Assembly (NCBI GenBank): GCA_020026395.1
Contig: JAHHQM010000004.1
Span: 87,237-151,236, forward strand
DNA length: 64,000 nt
Direction: 5' to 3'
Origin: Alistipes sp.
GTDB taxonomy: Bacteria > Bacteroidota > Bacteroidia > Bacteroidales > Rikenellaceae
Shown in pieces: positions 29,206-40,068 of this stretch (position 1 is the stretch's first letter; every line of letters starts with the position of its first letter). The position numbers and the translations under genes are program-made. Below the pieces are notes generated by a model, which worked only from the letters and a program-made list of their open reading frames with translations, ran no database searches and was not told the DNA's origin.

Positions 29206-29652
29206 CTATTTTTCGGTGTCGGGTTTGGGATCGACTACCGTATAAGTTACCATATTCGACGTGTTGCGCATGCCGTGGGTCGAGCTTGCAACGATCTGGA
29301 ATCTTACGGTCGTGCCGGCCTTCTGCTTCGGGATGATCTTATCGCCCTTGTAGGTCACCGACTTGTCGTTCTCACCCTTGAACGGCATCACGCGGGTCGA
29401 GATCAGCTTCGGATCGTCGTTCAGGCTGTAATACAACTGGGCACCGCTCATACCATACAGGCAGACAATATCCACCTTGACGCTTACGGCATCGTTCGAG
29501 GTAATCTCACCTTTGGGCGTCATCTCGATCGTACCGAACATCGGAGCGTTCTTCTCGTCGAATTCGGGTACATATTCGTTGTCATGGCTGATACACGAAG
29601 ACAGAGCCGCCATGCAGCACACAAGCAGTGCAAAAACCTTAATCTTTTTCAT
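29206..29652 (-). CDS. Hypothetical lipoprotein (Ig-like)
   Basis: MKKIKVFALL...ALSSC lipobox; beta-rich mature part. Confidence 0.75.
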   Translation of the reverse strand: MKKIKVFALLVCCMAALSSCISHDNEYVPEFDEKNAPMFGTIEMTPKGEITSNDAVSVKVDIVCLYGMSGAQLYYSLNDDPKLISTRVMPFKGENDKSVTYKGDKIIPKQKAGTTVRFQIVASSTHGMRNTSNMVTYTVVDPKPDTEK

Positions 29653-29665
29653 AATTTCCATATTT

Positions 29666-30589
29666 TTAGTCAATTTTACTTACATGAACATCCATCTGCG
29701 GGAACGGGAACGAAACACCCACCTTCGGAAGTTCGTTATAGAAGATTTCGTTATACTCAAAAAATACGTTCCAATAATCGGCGTTGCTCGTCCATACACG
29801 TACCGTGAGGTTCACCGAGCTGTCGGCCAAAGCCGAAACCCATACGACGGGAGCGGGATCCGTAAAGACACGTTTGTCGGCTGCGAGCAGCTCCAGGATA
29901 CGTTTGCGGGCATCCTCGACCTTATCACCATAGGAAATACCGATCGACCAATCCACGCGGCGGTGTTCGGCCGTCGAGTAGTTGTCGATGATGGCCGTCG
30001 CGATCGAGTTGTTCGGGATGTAGATCGTCTGGTTATCGGGCGTGCAGATTACCGTCGAGAAGAGTTTAATGTCCTTTACGACACCTGCCTGACCCTGTGC
30101 CGAGATGTAGTCGCCAATACGGTAAGGCTTCATCAGAAGAATCATCACACCACCGGCGAAGTTCTGTGCCGTACCGCTCAATGCCATACCGATGGCCAGG
30201 GTTGCGGCCGAGAACATGGCGATCAGCGAGGTGACATTCACACCCAAGGTTTGAACGACGATCAGCAGCAAGATCAACGTGAAAAGAACACGCACGGTAT
30301 TCAACGTAAATTTCTGCAACGACTCGTCGATCTGACGGTGTTTCATGATCATGCTGAACACATGCACGATGCGGTGCAGGATCCAACGACCGATGAAGTA
30401 GATGACCAGTGCCACAAAGATCTTCACCGAAATCCAGATCATCTCGTTGGCGAAATCGCCGAGGAGTTCCGAGATGTCGATATTCACCAATTTATTAAAG
30501 GCCTCGGTCATCTTGGCCTTCTGCACGCTGTCGGGTTCTATAAGTTTCGCAGGTGCTTCATTCTGCAAAAAGAAAGTCAGTAAATTCAT
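29666..30589 (-). CDS. mscS: Small-conductance mechanosensitive channel
   Basis: LAIGMALSGTAQNFAGGVMIL, KPYRIGDYI, IPN, RRVDWSIGISY, FPFPQMDVH. Confidence 0.92.
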   Translation of the reverse strand: MNLLTFFLQNEAPAKLIEPDSVQKAKMTEAFNKLVNIDISELLGDFANEMIWISVKIFVALVIYFIGRWILHRIVHVFSMIMKHRQIDESLQKFTLNTVRVLFTLILLLIVVQTLGVNVTSLIAMFSAATLAIGMALSGTAQNFAGGVMILLMKPYRIGDYISAQGQAGVVKDIKLFSTVICTPDNQTIYIPNNSIATAIIDNYSTAEHRRVDWSIGISYGDKVEDARKRILELLAADKRVFTDPAPVVWVSALADSSVNLTVRVWTSNADYWNVFFEYNEIFYNELPKVGVSFPFPQMDVHVSKID

Positions 30590-30677
30590 ATCAATTCCAA
30601 TATTTGTGGGACAAAAATAACGAAAAAAACGAGATTTTATTAACTTTGTCGGAAATTACATTCATAAATATTCGATT

Positions 30678-31898
30678 ATGCAAGAGGATTTGGAGATTAT
30701 TCAAGTAAATATATCCGGTGAAGACAAACCCGGTCTGACCACGTCTCTCACTGAGATTCTGGCTCGTTACGAGGCGCAGATTCTGGACATCGGCCAGGCC
30801 AACATCCACCAGTCGCTGACCCTCGGCATTCTCTTTGTCACCAACTCCGAAAATTCGGGTAACATCATGAAAGAGTTGCTGTTCAAGGCTTCGGAGTTGG
30901 GTGTAATGGTCCGATTCACGCCGATTTCGGAGGAGCGTTACAAGACATGGGTCGGCCGTCAGGGCAAGAACCGCTACATCGTCACGTTGCTGGGTCGTAC
31001 GGTCAAGGCGTGCCATATTTCGGATGTGACGCGCGTGGTGGCCGAGCACGGACTCAACATCGACGCCATCAAGCGTCTGACGGGTCGTATGCCCCTCCAC
31101 GAGGAGGATCGCGCCGCCAAGGCCTGTGTCGAACTTTCGGTGCGCGGATCGCTTTCCGACGCAGAACGCAGCACGATGCAGGAGCAGTTCATGAAGATTT
31201 CGGAGATGGGTGTCGATGTCTCGTTCCAACGCGACGACATCTACCGCCGCAGCCGTCGTCTGATCTGCTTCGATATGGATTCGACGCTCATCGAAACGGA
31301 GGTTATCGACGAATTGGCCGAACGTGCCGGAGTAGGCGCCCAGGTACGCGAAATCACGGCTTCGGCCATGCGTGGCGAGATCGATTTCAAGGAGAGTTTC
31401 ACACGCCGTGTCGCTCTCTTGAAGGGTCTGGATGTTTCCGTTATGGAGGACATCGCCCAGCACCTGCCCATCACCGAAGGTGTCGAGCGTATGATGACCA
31501 TCCTCAAACGTGTGGGTTACAAGACGGCCATTCTTTCGGGCGGATTCACCTATTTCGGCAACTATCTGAAACAAAAATACGGATTCGATTACGTCTATGC
31601 CAACGAGTTGGAGGTCGAGGACGGCCACCTGACGGGACGCTATGCGGGCGAAGTTGTGGACGGACGTCGCAAGGCCGAGCTTCTGCGCCTGTTGTGCCAG
31701 TTCGAGAACATCAACCTGGCGCAGAGCGTTGCAGTCGGTGACGGTGCAAACGACCTCCCGATGCTCAACCTCGCAGGTCTGGGTATTGCTTTCCACGCCA
31801 AACCCAAAGTCAAGGCAACAGCGCAGCAATCTATTTCGACCATTGGATTAGATGGTATCCTATATTTCCTTGGTTTAAAGGATTCAAGAATTGAATAA
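30678..31898 (+). CDS. serB: Phosphoserine phosphatase with ACT domains
   Basis: GEDKPG ACT domain; FDMDSTLI, SGGF, GDGANDLPM. Confidence 0.95.
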   Translation: MQEDLEIIQVNISGEDKPGLTTSLTEILARYEAQILDIGQANIHQSLTLGILFVTNSENSGNIMKELLFKASELGVMVRFTPISEERYKTWVGRQGKNRYIVTLLGRTVKACHISDVTRVVAEHGLNIDAIKRLTGRMPLHEEDRAAKACVELSVRGSLSDAERSTMQEQFMKISEMGVDVSFQRDDIYRRSRRLICFDMDSTLIETEVIDELAERAGVGAQVREITASAMRGEIDFKESFTRRVALLKGLDVSVMEDIAQHLPITEGVERMMTILKRVGYKTAILSGGFTYFGNYLKQKYGFDYVYANELEVEDGHLTGRYAGEVVDGRRKAELLRLLCQFENINLAQSVAVGDGANDLPMLNLAGLGIAFHAKPKVKATAQQSISTIGLDGILYFLGLKDSRIE

Positions 31899-32640
31899 AA
31901 TCAGCGTCATATACTTCACGGTCTTCCTCGCGTTGCTGATGACGGGTTGCTACGATTCCCGTTTCGAGCATCCGACCATGCGACCCGACCAGCAGGAAAA
32001 CTATTCGCTCGCCCATCTGCATGATTGGTTCTCGGGCGTACCGACCGTGATGAAAGACAATTTTACGGTGTGCGGTGTAGTCACCTCTTCGGACGAAGAA
32101 CGGAACTTTCACCGCACACTCGTTATTGAACAGGACGGATTTGCGCTGGAGATTTTGGCGGGTGTCGATCACCTGCACAACGACTACCCCACGGGTTGCT
32201 ACGTCACGTTCCATCTTCGCGACCTTTACATCGGACGATACCGCGGCGTTCTGCAAGCCGGAATGCATCCTCTTTCGGGCGACAACCGCCCCGCCTATTT
32301 CCCGTCACAGGTTGTTCTGCACCAATATTTAATCCGTTCCGATGTCCGACCGCCCTATCCCGAACCCCACACCTGCCGCATCGCGGAACTCACCCCGTCG
32401 ATGTGCGGCCGTCTGATTCGTATTGAAAGACTGCAACTTACGGAAGACACCGCCACTTGGGCAGGTACACACCGTTTCCGCGATTCGCAAGGTCTTGAAA
32501 TCGAGACCTATGTCCGCCCCTATGCCCGATTTGCCGACTCTCGGATTCCGACCGGGACGTGTTCCATTACGGGCATCCTCCAATTCGACGGGAAGATCTA
32601 CACGCTGAAACTCCGCTCCGAAGATGACTGCCACCTTTAA
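31891..32640 (+). CDS. DUF5689-like OB-fold lipoprotein
   Basis: Lipobox LMTGC; GVVTSSDEERNFHRTLVIEQ, YARFAD..IPTG...ITGIL, LKLRSEDD. Confidence 0.7.
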   Translation: MNKISVIYFTVFLALLMTGCYDSRFEHPTMRPDQQENYSLAHLHDWFSGVPTVMKDNFTVCGVVTSSDEERNFHRTLVIEQDGFALEILAGVDHLHNDYPTGCYVTFHLRDLYIGRYRGVLQAGMHPLSGDNRPAYFPSQVVLHQYLIRSDVRPPYPEPHTCRIAELTPSMCGRLIRIERLQLTEDTATWAGTHRFRDSQGLEIETYVRPYARFADSRIPTGTCSITGILQFDGKIYTLKLRSEDDCHL

Positions 32641-33370
32641 ACTGCTCCTCATTTTCGCAGTTGTTGCGTTGTCCGCCTGCGACAAAACGGCCACCCCGAC
32701 ACCCGTCAGGACGGTATCCGTCGCCTACCTCAAATCACTTTGTCACGGGGAATTCCACCCCATCCGCAAAGAACTTGCGATCGAGGGGCGTATCGTCAGC
32801 AGCAATCTTTTCGAAGAGTCGAGATCAGTCCTTATCTTGGAAGATACGAGCGGCGGCATTTCGCTCGTCACATCACACCCTGCGATCACCAAGGAATATC
32901 CGTTTGGCACGCGCGTGCGTCTTTATTGCAATTCGCTGATGCTCCGCGATTTTGGCGGAAAGATCCGCCTTACGGCCATTCCCCGCTCATCGGACGACGA
33001 CCGCATCACGGCCGAGGATTTGAAGCGACGCCTGATCCGCTATCCCGACCACGGAACACGTCCCGAACCCCGCGTATTGTCGTTCACCGACCTCTCGCCC
33101 CGCGACATCGACACCTACGTAAAATTCCGCCAATGCCGTTTCACGGATCGGGGACGCTGGTGCGATTATGATTCGATACGGAGATGTTTCTTGACAACCG
33201 AACGCCAAATCCGAGATCGCGCGGGCAACACGTTCCGCGTCCGCATTTCGGGAAATGCAGCTTATGCCGACTTACCACTGCCTTATGAAGAGTGCTCGCT
33301 ACGCGGTGTAATCGATTATTTCAATGGAAATTATACGCTTCGAATGACGGATTTCGGCACGACCGATTAA
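32624..33370 (+). CDS. DUF5689-like OB-fold lipoprotein (paralog)
   Basis: Lipobox LSAC; SVAYLKSL, IEGRIVSS, LEDTSGGI, AAYADLPLP, GVIDYFNG. Confidence 0.7.
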   Translation: MTATFKLLLIFAVVALSACDKTATPTPVRTVSVAYLKSLCHGEFHPIRKELAIEGRIVSSNLFEESRSVLILEDTSGGISLVTSHPAITKEYPFGTRVRLYCNSLMLRDFGGKIRLTAIPRSSDDDRITAEDLKRRLIRYPDHGTRPEPRVLSFTDLSPRDIDTYVKFRQCRFTDRGRWCDYDSIRRCFLTTERQIRDRAGNTFRVRISGNAAYADLPLPYEECSLRGVIDYFNGNYTLRMTDFGTTD

Positions 33371-34506
33371 CGGTTGCCGTACATCTCTTCGTAGTACTTT
33401 TCGTAAGCGCCCGAAGTGATCTGATCCATCCAATCCTGATGCTCCAAATACCAACGCACGGTCTTTTCGATCCCCTCCTCAAATTGCAAGGAGGGCTCCC
33501 AACCCAATTCGCGTTGCAGTTTCGTGGAGTCGATGGCATAACGCGCATCATGCCCCGCACGATCCTTCACAAAGGTGATGAGATTCATATCCTCGTCGGG
33601 CTTCCGACCTAAAAGGCGATCGACCGTCGAAACCAACAGGCGCACGATGTCGATGTTTTTCCACTCGTTGAACCCGCCGATGTTATAGGTATCGCCCGTA
33701 CGTCCCTTATGGAACACCAGATCGATGGCACGCGCGTGATCCTCGACATAAAGCCAGTCGCGCACGTTCTCGCCACGTCCGTATACGGGAAGCGGTTTCC
33801 GATAGCGTATATTATTGATAAACAAAGGAATCAATTTCTCGGGAAACTGATAAGGCCCGTAATTGTTCGAGCAATTCGTCACCACGACGGGCAATCCGTA
33901 CGTGTCGTGAAACGAGCGCACGAAATGATCGGCCGAAGCCTTCGCCGCGCTGTACGGACTGTGAGGCGTGTAGTTGTCGCCCTCACGGAAAAACCGCTCG
34001 CCATAGGCCTGATGATGTTCCGAAGAAGCCTTGGTCGTGAAGGGCGAGACAATACCCTTGGAATGCGAGATTTCGAGCGATCCGTACACCTCGTCGGTCG
34101 AGATCTGGTGGAAACGCTTCCCCTCATAGCCCTCGGGCAGCGACTCCCAGTAATTCCGCGCCGCCTGCAACAACGACAACGTGCCCATCACGTTGGTTTG
34201 GGCAAAGGTAAACGGATCGCGAATCGACCGATCCACATGGCTCTCGGCCGCAAGATGGATCACGCCGTCAATCGCGTAGTGTTTCATCAGCTCCGACACG
34301 CACTCAAAATCACAAATATCGCCCTTGACGAACACATAGTTGGGCATCGGTTCGATATCTTTCAGATTGGCCAAATTCCCCGCATAGGTCAGTTTATCGA
34401 GATTCACGATCCGATAATCGGGGTAACGGGTGACAAGCAGCCGCACCACGTGCGATCCGATAAAACCCGCGCCACCCGTCACGAGGATATTGCGTTTAAA
34501 ATCCAT
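33367..34506 (-). CDS. rfbB: dTDP-glucose 4,6-dehydratase
   Basis: [54 protein letters not shown]. Confidence 0.96.
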   Translation of the reverse strand: MDFKRNILVTGGAGFIGSHVVRLLVTRYPDYRIVNLDKLTYAGNLANLKDIEPMPNYVFVKGDICDFECVSELMKHYAIDGVIHLAAESHVDRSIRDPFTFAQTNVMGTLSLLQAARNYWESLPEGYEGKRFHQISTDEVYGSLEISHSKGIVSPFTTKASSEHHQAYGERFFREGDNYTPHSPYSAAKASADHFVRSFHDTYGLPVVVTNCSNNYGPYQFPEKLIPLFINNIRYRKPLPVYGRGENVRDWLYVEDHARAIDLVFHKGRTGDTYNIGGFNEWKNIDIVRLLVSTVDRLLGRKPDEDMNLITFVKDRAGHDARYAIDSTKLQRELGWEPSLQFEEGIEKTVRWYLEHQDWMDQITSGAYEKYYEEMYGNR

Positions 34507-35395
34507 ACTCTTCGCGTTTAAATTCATCGACCACCTTCAGCAGATATTGGCCGTATTGATTGTGGCTCATCGGACGGGCGAGTTCACGCAGTTTCTCTGC
34601 CGTGATCCACCCTTTCGTGTAGGCAATACTCTCCAAGCAGGCGATTTTCAAGCCCTGACGCTTCTCGATGACCTCGATAAAGATCGAAGCCTCGGCCAGC
34701 GAGTCGTGCGTACCCGTGTCGAGCCACGCAAAACCGCGTCCCAGGGTCTGCACCTTGAGACTCTGCGTCTTGAGGAATTCCTGATTGACGGTCGTGATCT
34801 CGAGTTCGCCACGATCCGACGGTTTGATGCGTTTAGCAATCTCCACCACCCGATTCGGATAGAAATAGAGTCCCGTCACGGCGTAATTTGATTTGGGCAC
34901 GCGGGGTTTCTCTTCGATCGACAGGCAGTTGCCCTCGCGGTCGAATTCCGCCACGCCGTATCGCTCGGGATCATTGACCCAATAACCGAAAACGGTCGCC
35001 TTGCCCTCCTCTTCCACATCGCGGACGGCCTGCTGCAAAATCCCCGAAAAGCCCGATCCGTGAAAGATATTATCACCCAAGACCAGGCACACCGAATCGT
35101 TGCCGATAAACTCCTCACCGATCAGAAAAGCCTCGGCCAAGCCGTCGGGCGAAGGTTGCTCGGCATATTCGAATCGAACGCCGAAGTCCGATCCGTCGCC
35201 CAACAAACGGCGGAATGCGGGAAGATCCTGCGGGGTGGAAATGATCAGAATTTCGCGGATTCCGGCCAGCATCAACACCGAAATGGGATAATACACCATC
35301 GGTTTGTCATAAATCGGCAGGAGCTGCTTGCTCACGCCTTTGGTAATGGGATAGAGCCGTGTGCCCGATCCGCCGGCCAGTACGATACCTTTCAT
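34496..35395 (-). CDS. rfbA: Glucose-1-phosphate thymidylyltransferase
   Basis: [43 protein letters not shown]. Confidence 0.97.
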   Translation of the reverse strand: MKGIVLAGGSGTRLYPITKGVSKQLLPIYDKPMVYYPISVLMLAGIREILIISTPQDLPAFRRLLGDGSDFGVRFEYAEQPSPDGLAEAFLIGEEFIGNDSVCLVLGDNIFHGSGFSGILQQAVRDVEEEGKATVFGYWVNDPERYGVAEFDREGNCLSIEEKPRVPKSNYAVTGLYFYPNRVVEIAKRIKPSDRGELEITTVNQEFLKTQSLKVQTLGRGFAWLDTGTHDSLAEASIFIEVIEKRQGLKIACLESIAYTKGWITAEKLRELARPMSHNQYGQYLLKVVDEFKREEYGF

Positions 35396-35452
35396 AAGCT
35401 GTTCTGATCAAATGGTTCAATAGACAAATTTCGGAAAAAATTTCGGGATAAC

Positions 35453-35482
35453 AAAAAAAGGAGGGCACGAAGCCCTCCTTTT
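35453..35482 (-). terminator. Terminator of second RND operon
   Basis: AAAAAAAGGAGGGC-ACGAA-GCCCTCCTTTT. Confidence 0.8.
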
Positions 35483-35502
35483 ATCGATTCCGCACAGGAG
35501 AT

Positions 35503-36876
35503 TTACTCCTCGCGCTCCAAATCGCGACCTCCGCCCAAAGCATGGTAGAGGTTCACGACACCCTGAATTTCCTCGAAGCGGTCACCCACCTGCGACAACT
35601 GTGCCGACAGCAAAGCCTGCTGTGCGGTCAGCACCTCGAGGTAGGTTGCGCTGCTGTAACGCATCAGTTTGTCGGTCTTCTCGACGGCACGCGCCAAAGC
35701 CTCGACCTGTGCGTCACGCACGACGTTCTTCTTGCGTGCATTCTGCGTCTGGGTCAGTGCGTTGTTCACCTCGGCACCTGCATTCAAGAGTGTCTGCTCG
35801 AAACTCAACATAGCCTCCTGCTGCTGTGCCTTGGCAATCTTCACACGTGCACGACCTGCGCCCGCATTGAAGATGGGCTGCAACAAGGATGCGGCAGCCG
35901 ACAACAACATCTTACCCGGATTGACAATACCGCGACCCGAATTATTCGTCCAACCGATCGTACCGTTCAGCGTCAGTTTGGGATAAAGTGCCGAACGAGC
36001 CTCGGCCGTAGCGTAGTACGACTGCATGAGCGACTGCTCGGCCATACGCACATCGGGACGGTTCGAAAGCATCTGCACGGGCACACCCACCAACAACTCT
36101 TCGGGCAGCGACACCTCATCCAGCGTTCCGCGCTCGATCTTCTGCACGGGGCGTCCGAGAAGCGTCGCCAGCGAATTCTCGGTCGTGGTGATTTGCAGGC
36201 TCAGGGTCTGCAACGAAGCCTCCACGGCCAGGCGGTTACCCTCATACTGGGCAACGGCGGCCTCGTTGGCCATACCGCCACGTTTCAGGGCACGCATCGT
36301 GCGTACACCCTCGTTCCATTTCTCGGCCGTCTCGACGCTGATCTCATACTGACGATCGAGCATCAGCAACGTATAATAAAGGTTGGCGATACCGGCAACC
36401 AGCTGCGTACGCACGGCCTGCACATACTCCTGACTGGTGGCATATACGGCCTTGGCCTTACGCTTGGCGTTGGTGATGCCGTTGAAAATATCGACCTCCC
36501 AACTTGCCGTCAACGGAATATTATAGGTCTTGACCGTATTGGCATTGTCGAAACTGCTCAACGATCCCTGCGGCGCCACATTGAACGACGGCAGGTAGCT
36601 CAGGCGTGCCGACTTCAGCGTTGCCTCGGCCTCCTCGACTCTGAGGTGAGCCTTCTGCATATCGGTGTTGTGCTCCAGACCTTCGCGGATCAGCGCCTTG
36701 AGCTGCTCGTCGCGGAAGAAATCCTCCCATGCGACGTTACCCATCGAAGTGGTGTCCGCCTGATCCATACCCGCGCCGTAGAGATCCTTGGTTTCGATCT
36801 CGGGGCGCTGGTACGATTTATAGACTCCGCAACCCGTCATGAGGGTTGCCATAATGATGACTGCTATCTTTTTCAT
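35503..36876 (-). CDS. NodT/OprM-type efflux outer membrane lipoprotein
   Basis: Lipobox LMTGC, ASWEVDIF, NRPDVRMAE, YLEVLTAQ, LYHALGGG. Confidence 0.93.
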   Translation of the reverse strand: MKKIAVIIMATLMTGCGVYKSYQRPEIETKDLYGAGMDQADTTSMGNVAWEDFFRDEQLKALIREGLEHNTDMQKAHLRVEEAEATLKSARLSYLPSFNVAPQGSLSSFDNANTVKTYNIPLTASWEVDIFNGITNAKRKAKAVYATSQEYVQAVRTQLVAGIANLYYTLLMLDRQYEISVETAEKWNEGVRTMRALKRGGMANEAAVAQYEGNRLAVEASLQTLSLQITTTENSLATLLGRPVQKIERGTLDEVSLPEELLVGVPVQMLSNRPDVRMAEQSLMQSYYATAEARSALYPKLTLNGTIGWTNNSGRGIVNPGKMLLSAAASLLQPIFNAGAGRARVKIAKAQQQEAMLSFEQTLLNAGAEVNNALTQTQNARKKNVVRDAQVEALARAVEKTDKLMRYSSATYLEVLTAQQALLSAQLSQVGDRFEEIQGVVNLYHALGGGRDLEREE

Positions 36877-36879
36877 TGC

Positions 36880-39800
36880 TTAGTTCTCCTTCTCTTCTTT
36901 GGTTTCTTCCAGTTCGGCTCTTACCGACCACTGCGGATCAGGATCCAACTCCATCGGAGAGATCTTCTCCTGAAGGGTTTGGAATACGATGAACAAGGTC
37001 GGCACGAGGAACAACAGGGCGAGCGTTCCGATGACCATACCACCGACAACACCCGTACCCAGCGTCGAGTTACCATTGGCACCCGCACCCTGCGAAATCA
37101 CCAACGGGATCATACCGAACACCATCGTAAGCACGGTCATCAGGATAGGACGCAGACGCACCTTGGCGGCCGACACGGCAGCCTGCGAAAGCGACATACC
37201 CGCCTTACGACGATCCGTGGCGTACTCCGTAAGCAGAATGGCGGTCTTGGCCAAAAGACCGATCAACATAATCAGACCCGTCTGCAGGTAAATGTTGTTC
37301 TCCAGCCCCATGAACTTGGCGAAGAGGAAGCTACCCATCAGACCGCAGGGAACCGACAGGATGACGGCGAACGGAACGATGAAGCTCTCATACAGGGCAC
37401 TCAGGATCAGATAGATCAGCAGGATACAGATACCGAAGATGATCGCCGTGTTGTTTGTCGTCTGGCTCTCCTCACGCGTCAGACCGCCGAACTCGAAGCC
37501 GTAACCCTTCGGGAGCGACTCGGCGGCAACCTCCTCGATGGCCTTGATCACATCACCCGACGAATACCCCTCGGCAGCCATACCGTTCACCGAGATCGAG
37601 TTATACATATTGAATCGGTTGATAACCTCCGGGCCATAAGCCTTGGTCAAGGTTACGAACTGACTCACGGGAGCCATATCGCCGCTCTGCGTGCGAACGA
37701 AGATGTTGTTGAGCGACTCCTTGTCGAGACGGTGCTCGGGATCGGCCTGCAACATGACACGATATACTTTCGAGAAGCGGTTGATGTTCGACACATACTG
37801 ACCGCCGTAGTAACCCGACAACGTAGCAAGGATCACGTTGGGCGAAACACCCATACGTTTGGCCTGTGCGGCATCCAGATCCACGACATACTGCGGGAAA
37901 TTGATGTTGAAGGTCGAGTAAGCACGACCGATCTCGGGACGCTGGTTCAGCGCGGCGATGAATTGCAGGTAGATGTTGTAGAAATCCTTCATATCACCAC
38001 CCGCACGATCCTGCAGGAACATTTCGAAACCCGACGCGGCACCGTAACCCGAAATCATAGGAGGAGCCACGGCGAAGATCTGACCGTTCTTGACGTCGGC
38101 CGTACGGGCGTAGATCTGTCCGATGACGGATTTCACCTCGTCTTCAGCATCGGGACGCTCGTTCCAATCCTTCAGTTTGATGATACACAAACCGTAGGAC
38201 GAACCCTGACCGGCCATCATACCGTAACCGGCCACCTGGTTGTAGTCGCGCACCTGGGGAATATCCTTGATGCGGTCGGCCACCTCGTTCAGCACGTCGT
38301 TGGTCTCACGGAGCGACGAACCGGGAGCGGTCGTCACGTTGACCATGATCGTACCCAAGTCCTCATCGGGCACAAGACCTGTCTTCGTGTTGTTCATCAG
38401 AACGTAGAGCAAAACGAACGACAAACCGAGCGTTGCCCACATCAGCCAGCGGTGACGGATGAAGAGCAACACACCGTATTTGTATTTATTGACCATCGTC
38501 GAGAAGGCGGCATTGAAGGCCTTACGGAAACGTGCGGCGAAGTTGTCGCGCATCTCGCCGTTCTCATCGAGGTAGGGTTTTAGGATCAGGGCACACAGGG
38601 CAGGCGAAAGCGTCAGTGCGTTGATTGCCGAGAAACCTACGGCCACGGCCATCGTGACACCGAACTGCGTGTAGAACGTACCCGACGTACCGCCCATCAT
38701 GGCCACAGGGATAAACACGGCCATGAAGACCAGGGTCGAGGTAACGATTGCCGAGGTAATACCCGACATGGCGTCGATGGTTGCCATGTAGGACGATTTG
38801 TACCCCACATCGAAACGCGCCTGCACGGCCTCAACCACGATGATCGCATCATCGACCACCGTACCGATTGCAAGCACCAGTGCGAACAGCGTCAAAAGGT
38901 TGATCGAGAAGCCTGCCACCGACAGAAAGCCGAACGTACCGATCAGTGCCACCAGAATGGCGACGGTCGGGATCAGCGTCGAGCGGATATCCTGCAAGAA
39001 GAGGTAAACGATCAGCACCACAAGGATGATGGCCTCGATCAGCGTCTTGAGCACCTCATTGATTGAAGCGTAAAGGAAGTCGTTCACACTCTGCAGGTGA
39101 GCGATCTTGATGCCCTCGGGAAGATCGGCCTCCACTTCGTCCAACAGGGCGTCGATGTCATTTACGACCTGCGTGGCGTTCGAGCCTGCCGTCTGGAAGA
39201 CCATGGCACTCACGGCGGGATAGCCGTTTGCAGCGCCTTTGAATCCGTAGGAGTTCTTACCCAGCTCGATTTCGGCCACATCCTTCAAATGCAACATCTC
39301 GCCGTTGGGCAGTGCCTTGATGACGATCTGCTCAAACTCTTCAGGCTTCGACAATCGACCACGATATTTCATGGTATACTGGAAGGCATTGTCCGAATTC
39401 TCACCCAGGATACCGACTGCGGCCTCGATGTTCTGCTCGGAGAGAGCCGTCGTCACATCCGACGGGATGAGGTTGTACTGCGCCATCAGATCGGGCTTGA
39501 GCCAGATACGGATCGAATACTCGGGACCCAGCACCATGAACTCACCTACACCCTGTGTACGCAGGATACGCGGCTGGATGTTGATACGCATATAGTTCGA
39601 CAGGAACGAATCGTCGTAAGCCTTGTTCGTACTATACAGCGAGAAGATCTTCAGCATGGACGACTGACGTTTCTGCGTCGTGACACCGATACGGGTAACC
39701 TCGGCGGGCAACTGACCCGTCACCGTGGCCACACGGTTCTGCACGTTGATGGCCGCCATATCGGGATCGGTTCCCTGACGGAAATAAACGGTGATGGTTG

Positions 39801-40065
39801 CCGCACCCGCATTCGAGGCGCTCGACTTGATGTACATCATATCCTCCACACCGTTGATGGCCTCCTCCAAGGGGATGACCACCGATTTCAGAAGCGTCTC
39901 GGCACTTGCACCGGGATAGGTCGCCGACACATACACCGAAGCCGGCGCAATGTCGGGATACTGCTCTACGGGGAGCATCTTCAGACCGACCAGACCTCCG
40001 ATCACGATCAGAATCGAGATGACCGAGGCCAGGACGGGACGTTCGATAAAATGTCTCAGTGTCAT
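36880..40065 (-). CDS. HAE1-family RND efflux permease
   Basis: FIERPVLA, LPVEQYPDIAP, AIGTVVDDAIIVVE, LAKTAILL, RLRPILMT. Confidence 0.95.
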   Translation of the reverse strand: MTLRHFIERPVLASVISILIVIGGLVGLKMLPVEQYPDIAPASVYVSATYPGASAETLLKSVVIPLEEAINGVEDMMYIKSSASNAGAATITVYFRQGTDPDMAAINVQNRVATVTGQLPAEVTRIGVTTQKRQSSMLKIFSLYSTNKAYDDSFLSNYMRINIQPRILRTQGVGEFMVLGPEYSIRIWLKPDLMAQYNLIPSDVTTALSEQNIEAAVGILGENSDNAFQYTMKYRGRLSKPEEFEQIVIKALPNGEMLHLKDVAEIELGKNSYGFKGAANGYPAVSAMVFQTAGSNATQVVNDIDALLDEVEADLPEGIKIAHLQSVNDFLYASINEVLKTLIEAIILVVLIVYLFLQDIRSTLIPTVAILVALIGTFGFLSVAGFSINLLTLFALVLAIGTVVDDAIIVVEAVQARFDVGYKSSYMATIDAMSGITSAIVTSTLVFMAVFIPVAMMGGTSGTFYTQFGVTMAVAVGFSAINALTLSPALCALILKPYLDENGEMRDNFAARFRKAFNAAFSTMVNKYKYGVLLFIRHRWLMWATLGLSFVLLYVLMNNTKTGLVPDEDLGTIMVNVTTAPGSSLRETNDVLNEVADRIKDIPQVRDYNQVAGYGMMAGQGSSYGLCIIKLKDWNERPDAEDEVKSVIGQIYARTADVKNGQIFAVAPPMISGYGAASGFEMFLQDRAGGDMKDFYNIYLQFIAALNQRPEIGRAYSTFNINFPQYVVDLDAAQAKRMGVSPNVILATLSGYYGGQYVSNINRFSKVYRVMLQADPEHRLDKESLNNIFVRTQSGDMAPVSQFVTLTKAYGPEVINRFNMYNSISVNGMAAEGYSSGDVIKAIEEVAAESLPKGYGFEFGGLTREESQTTNNTAIIFGICILLIYLILSALYESFIVPFAVILSVPCGLMGSFLFAKFMGLENNIYLQTGLIMLIGLLAKTAILLTEYATDRRKAGMSLSQAAVSAAKVRLRPILMTVLTMVFGMIPLVISQGAGANGNSTLGTGVVGGMVIGTLALLFLVPTLFIVFQTLQEKISPMELDPDPQWSVRAELEETKEEKEN

Positions 40066-40068
40066 TGG

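Noticed and set aside
33367..35395. rfbA-rfbB as a capsule/LPS island
   Set aside because: Only two precursor genes, with no glycosyltransferases, UpxY or invertible promoter seen.
35542..38583. 1013-aa plus-strand ORF and similar long antisense ORFs (47298-49766, 39097-41229, 44857-46767)
   Set aside because: Shadow frames opposite well-supported genes in GC-rich DNA, with no recognisable motifs.
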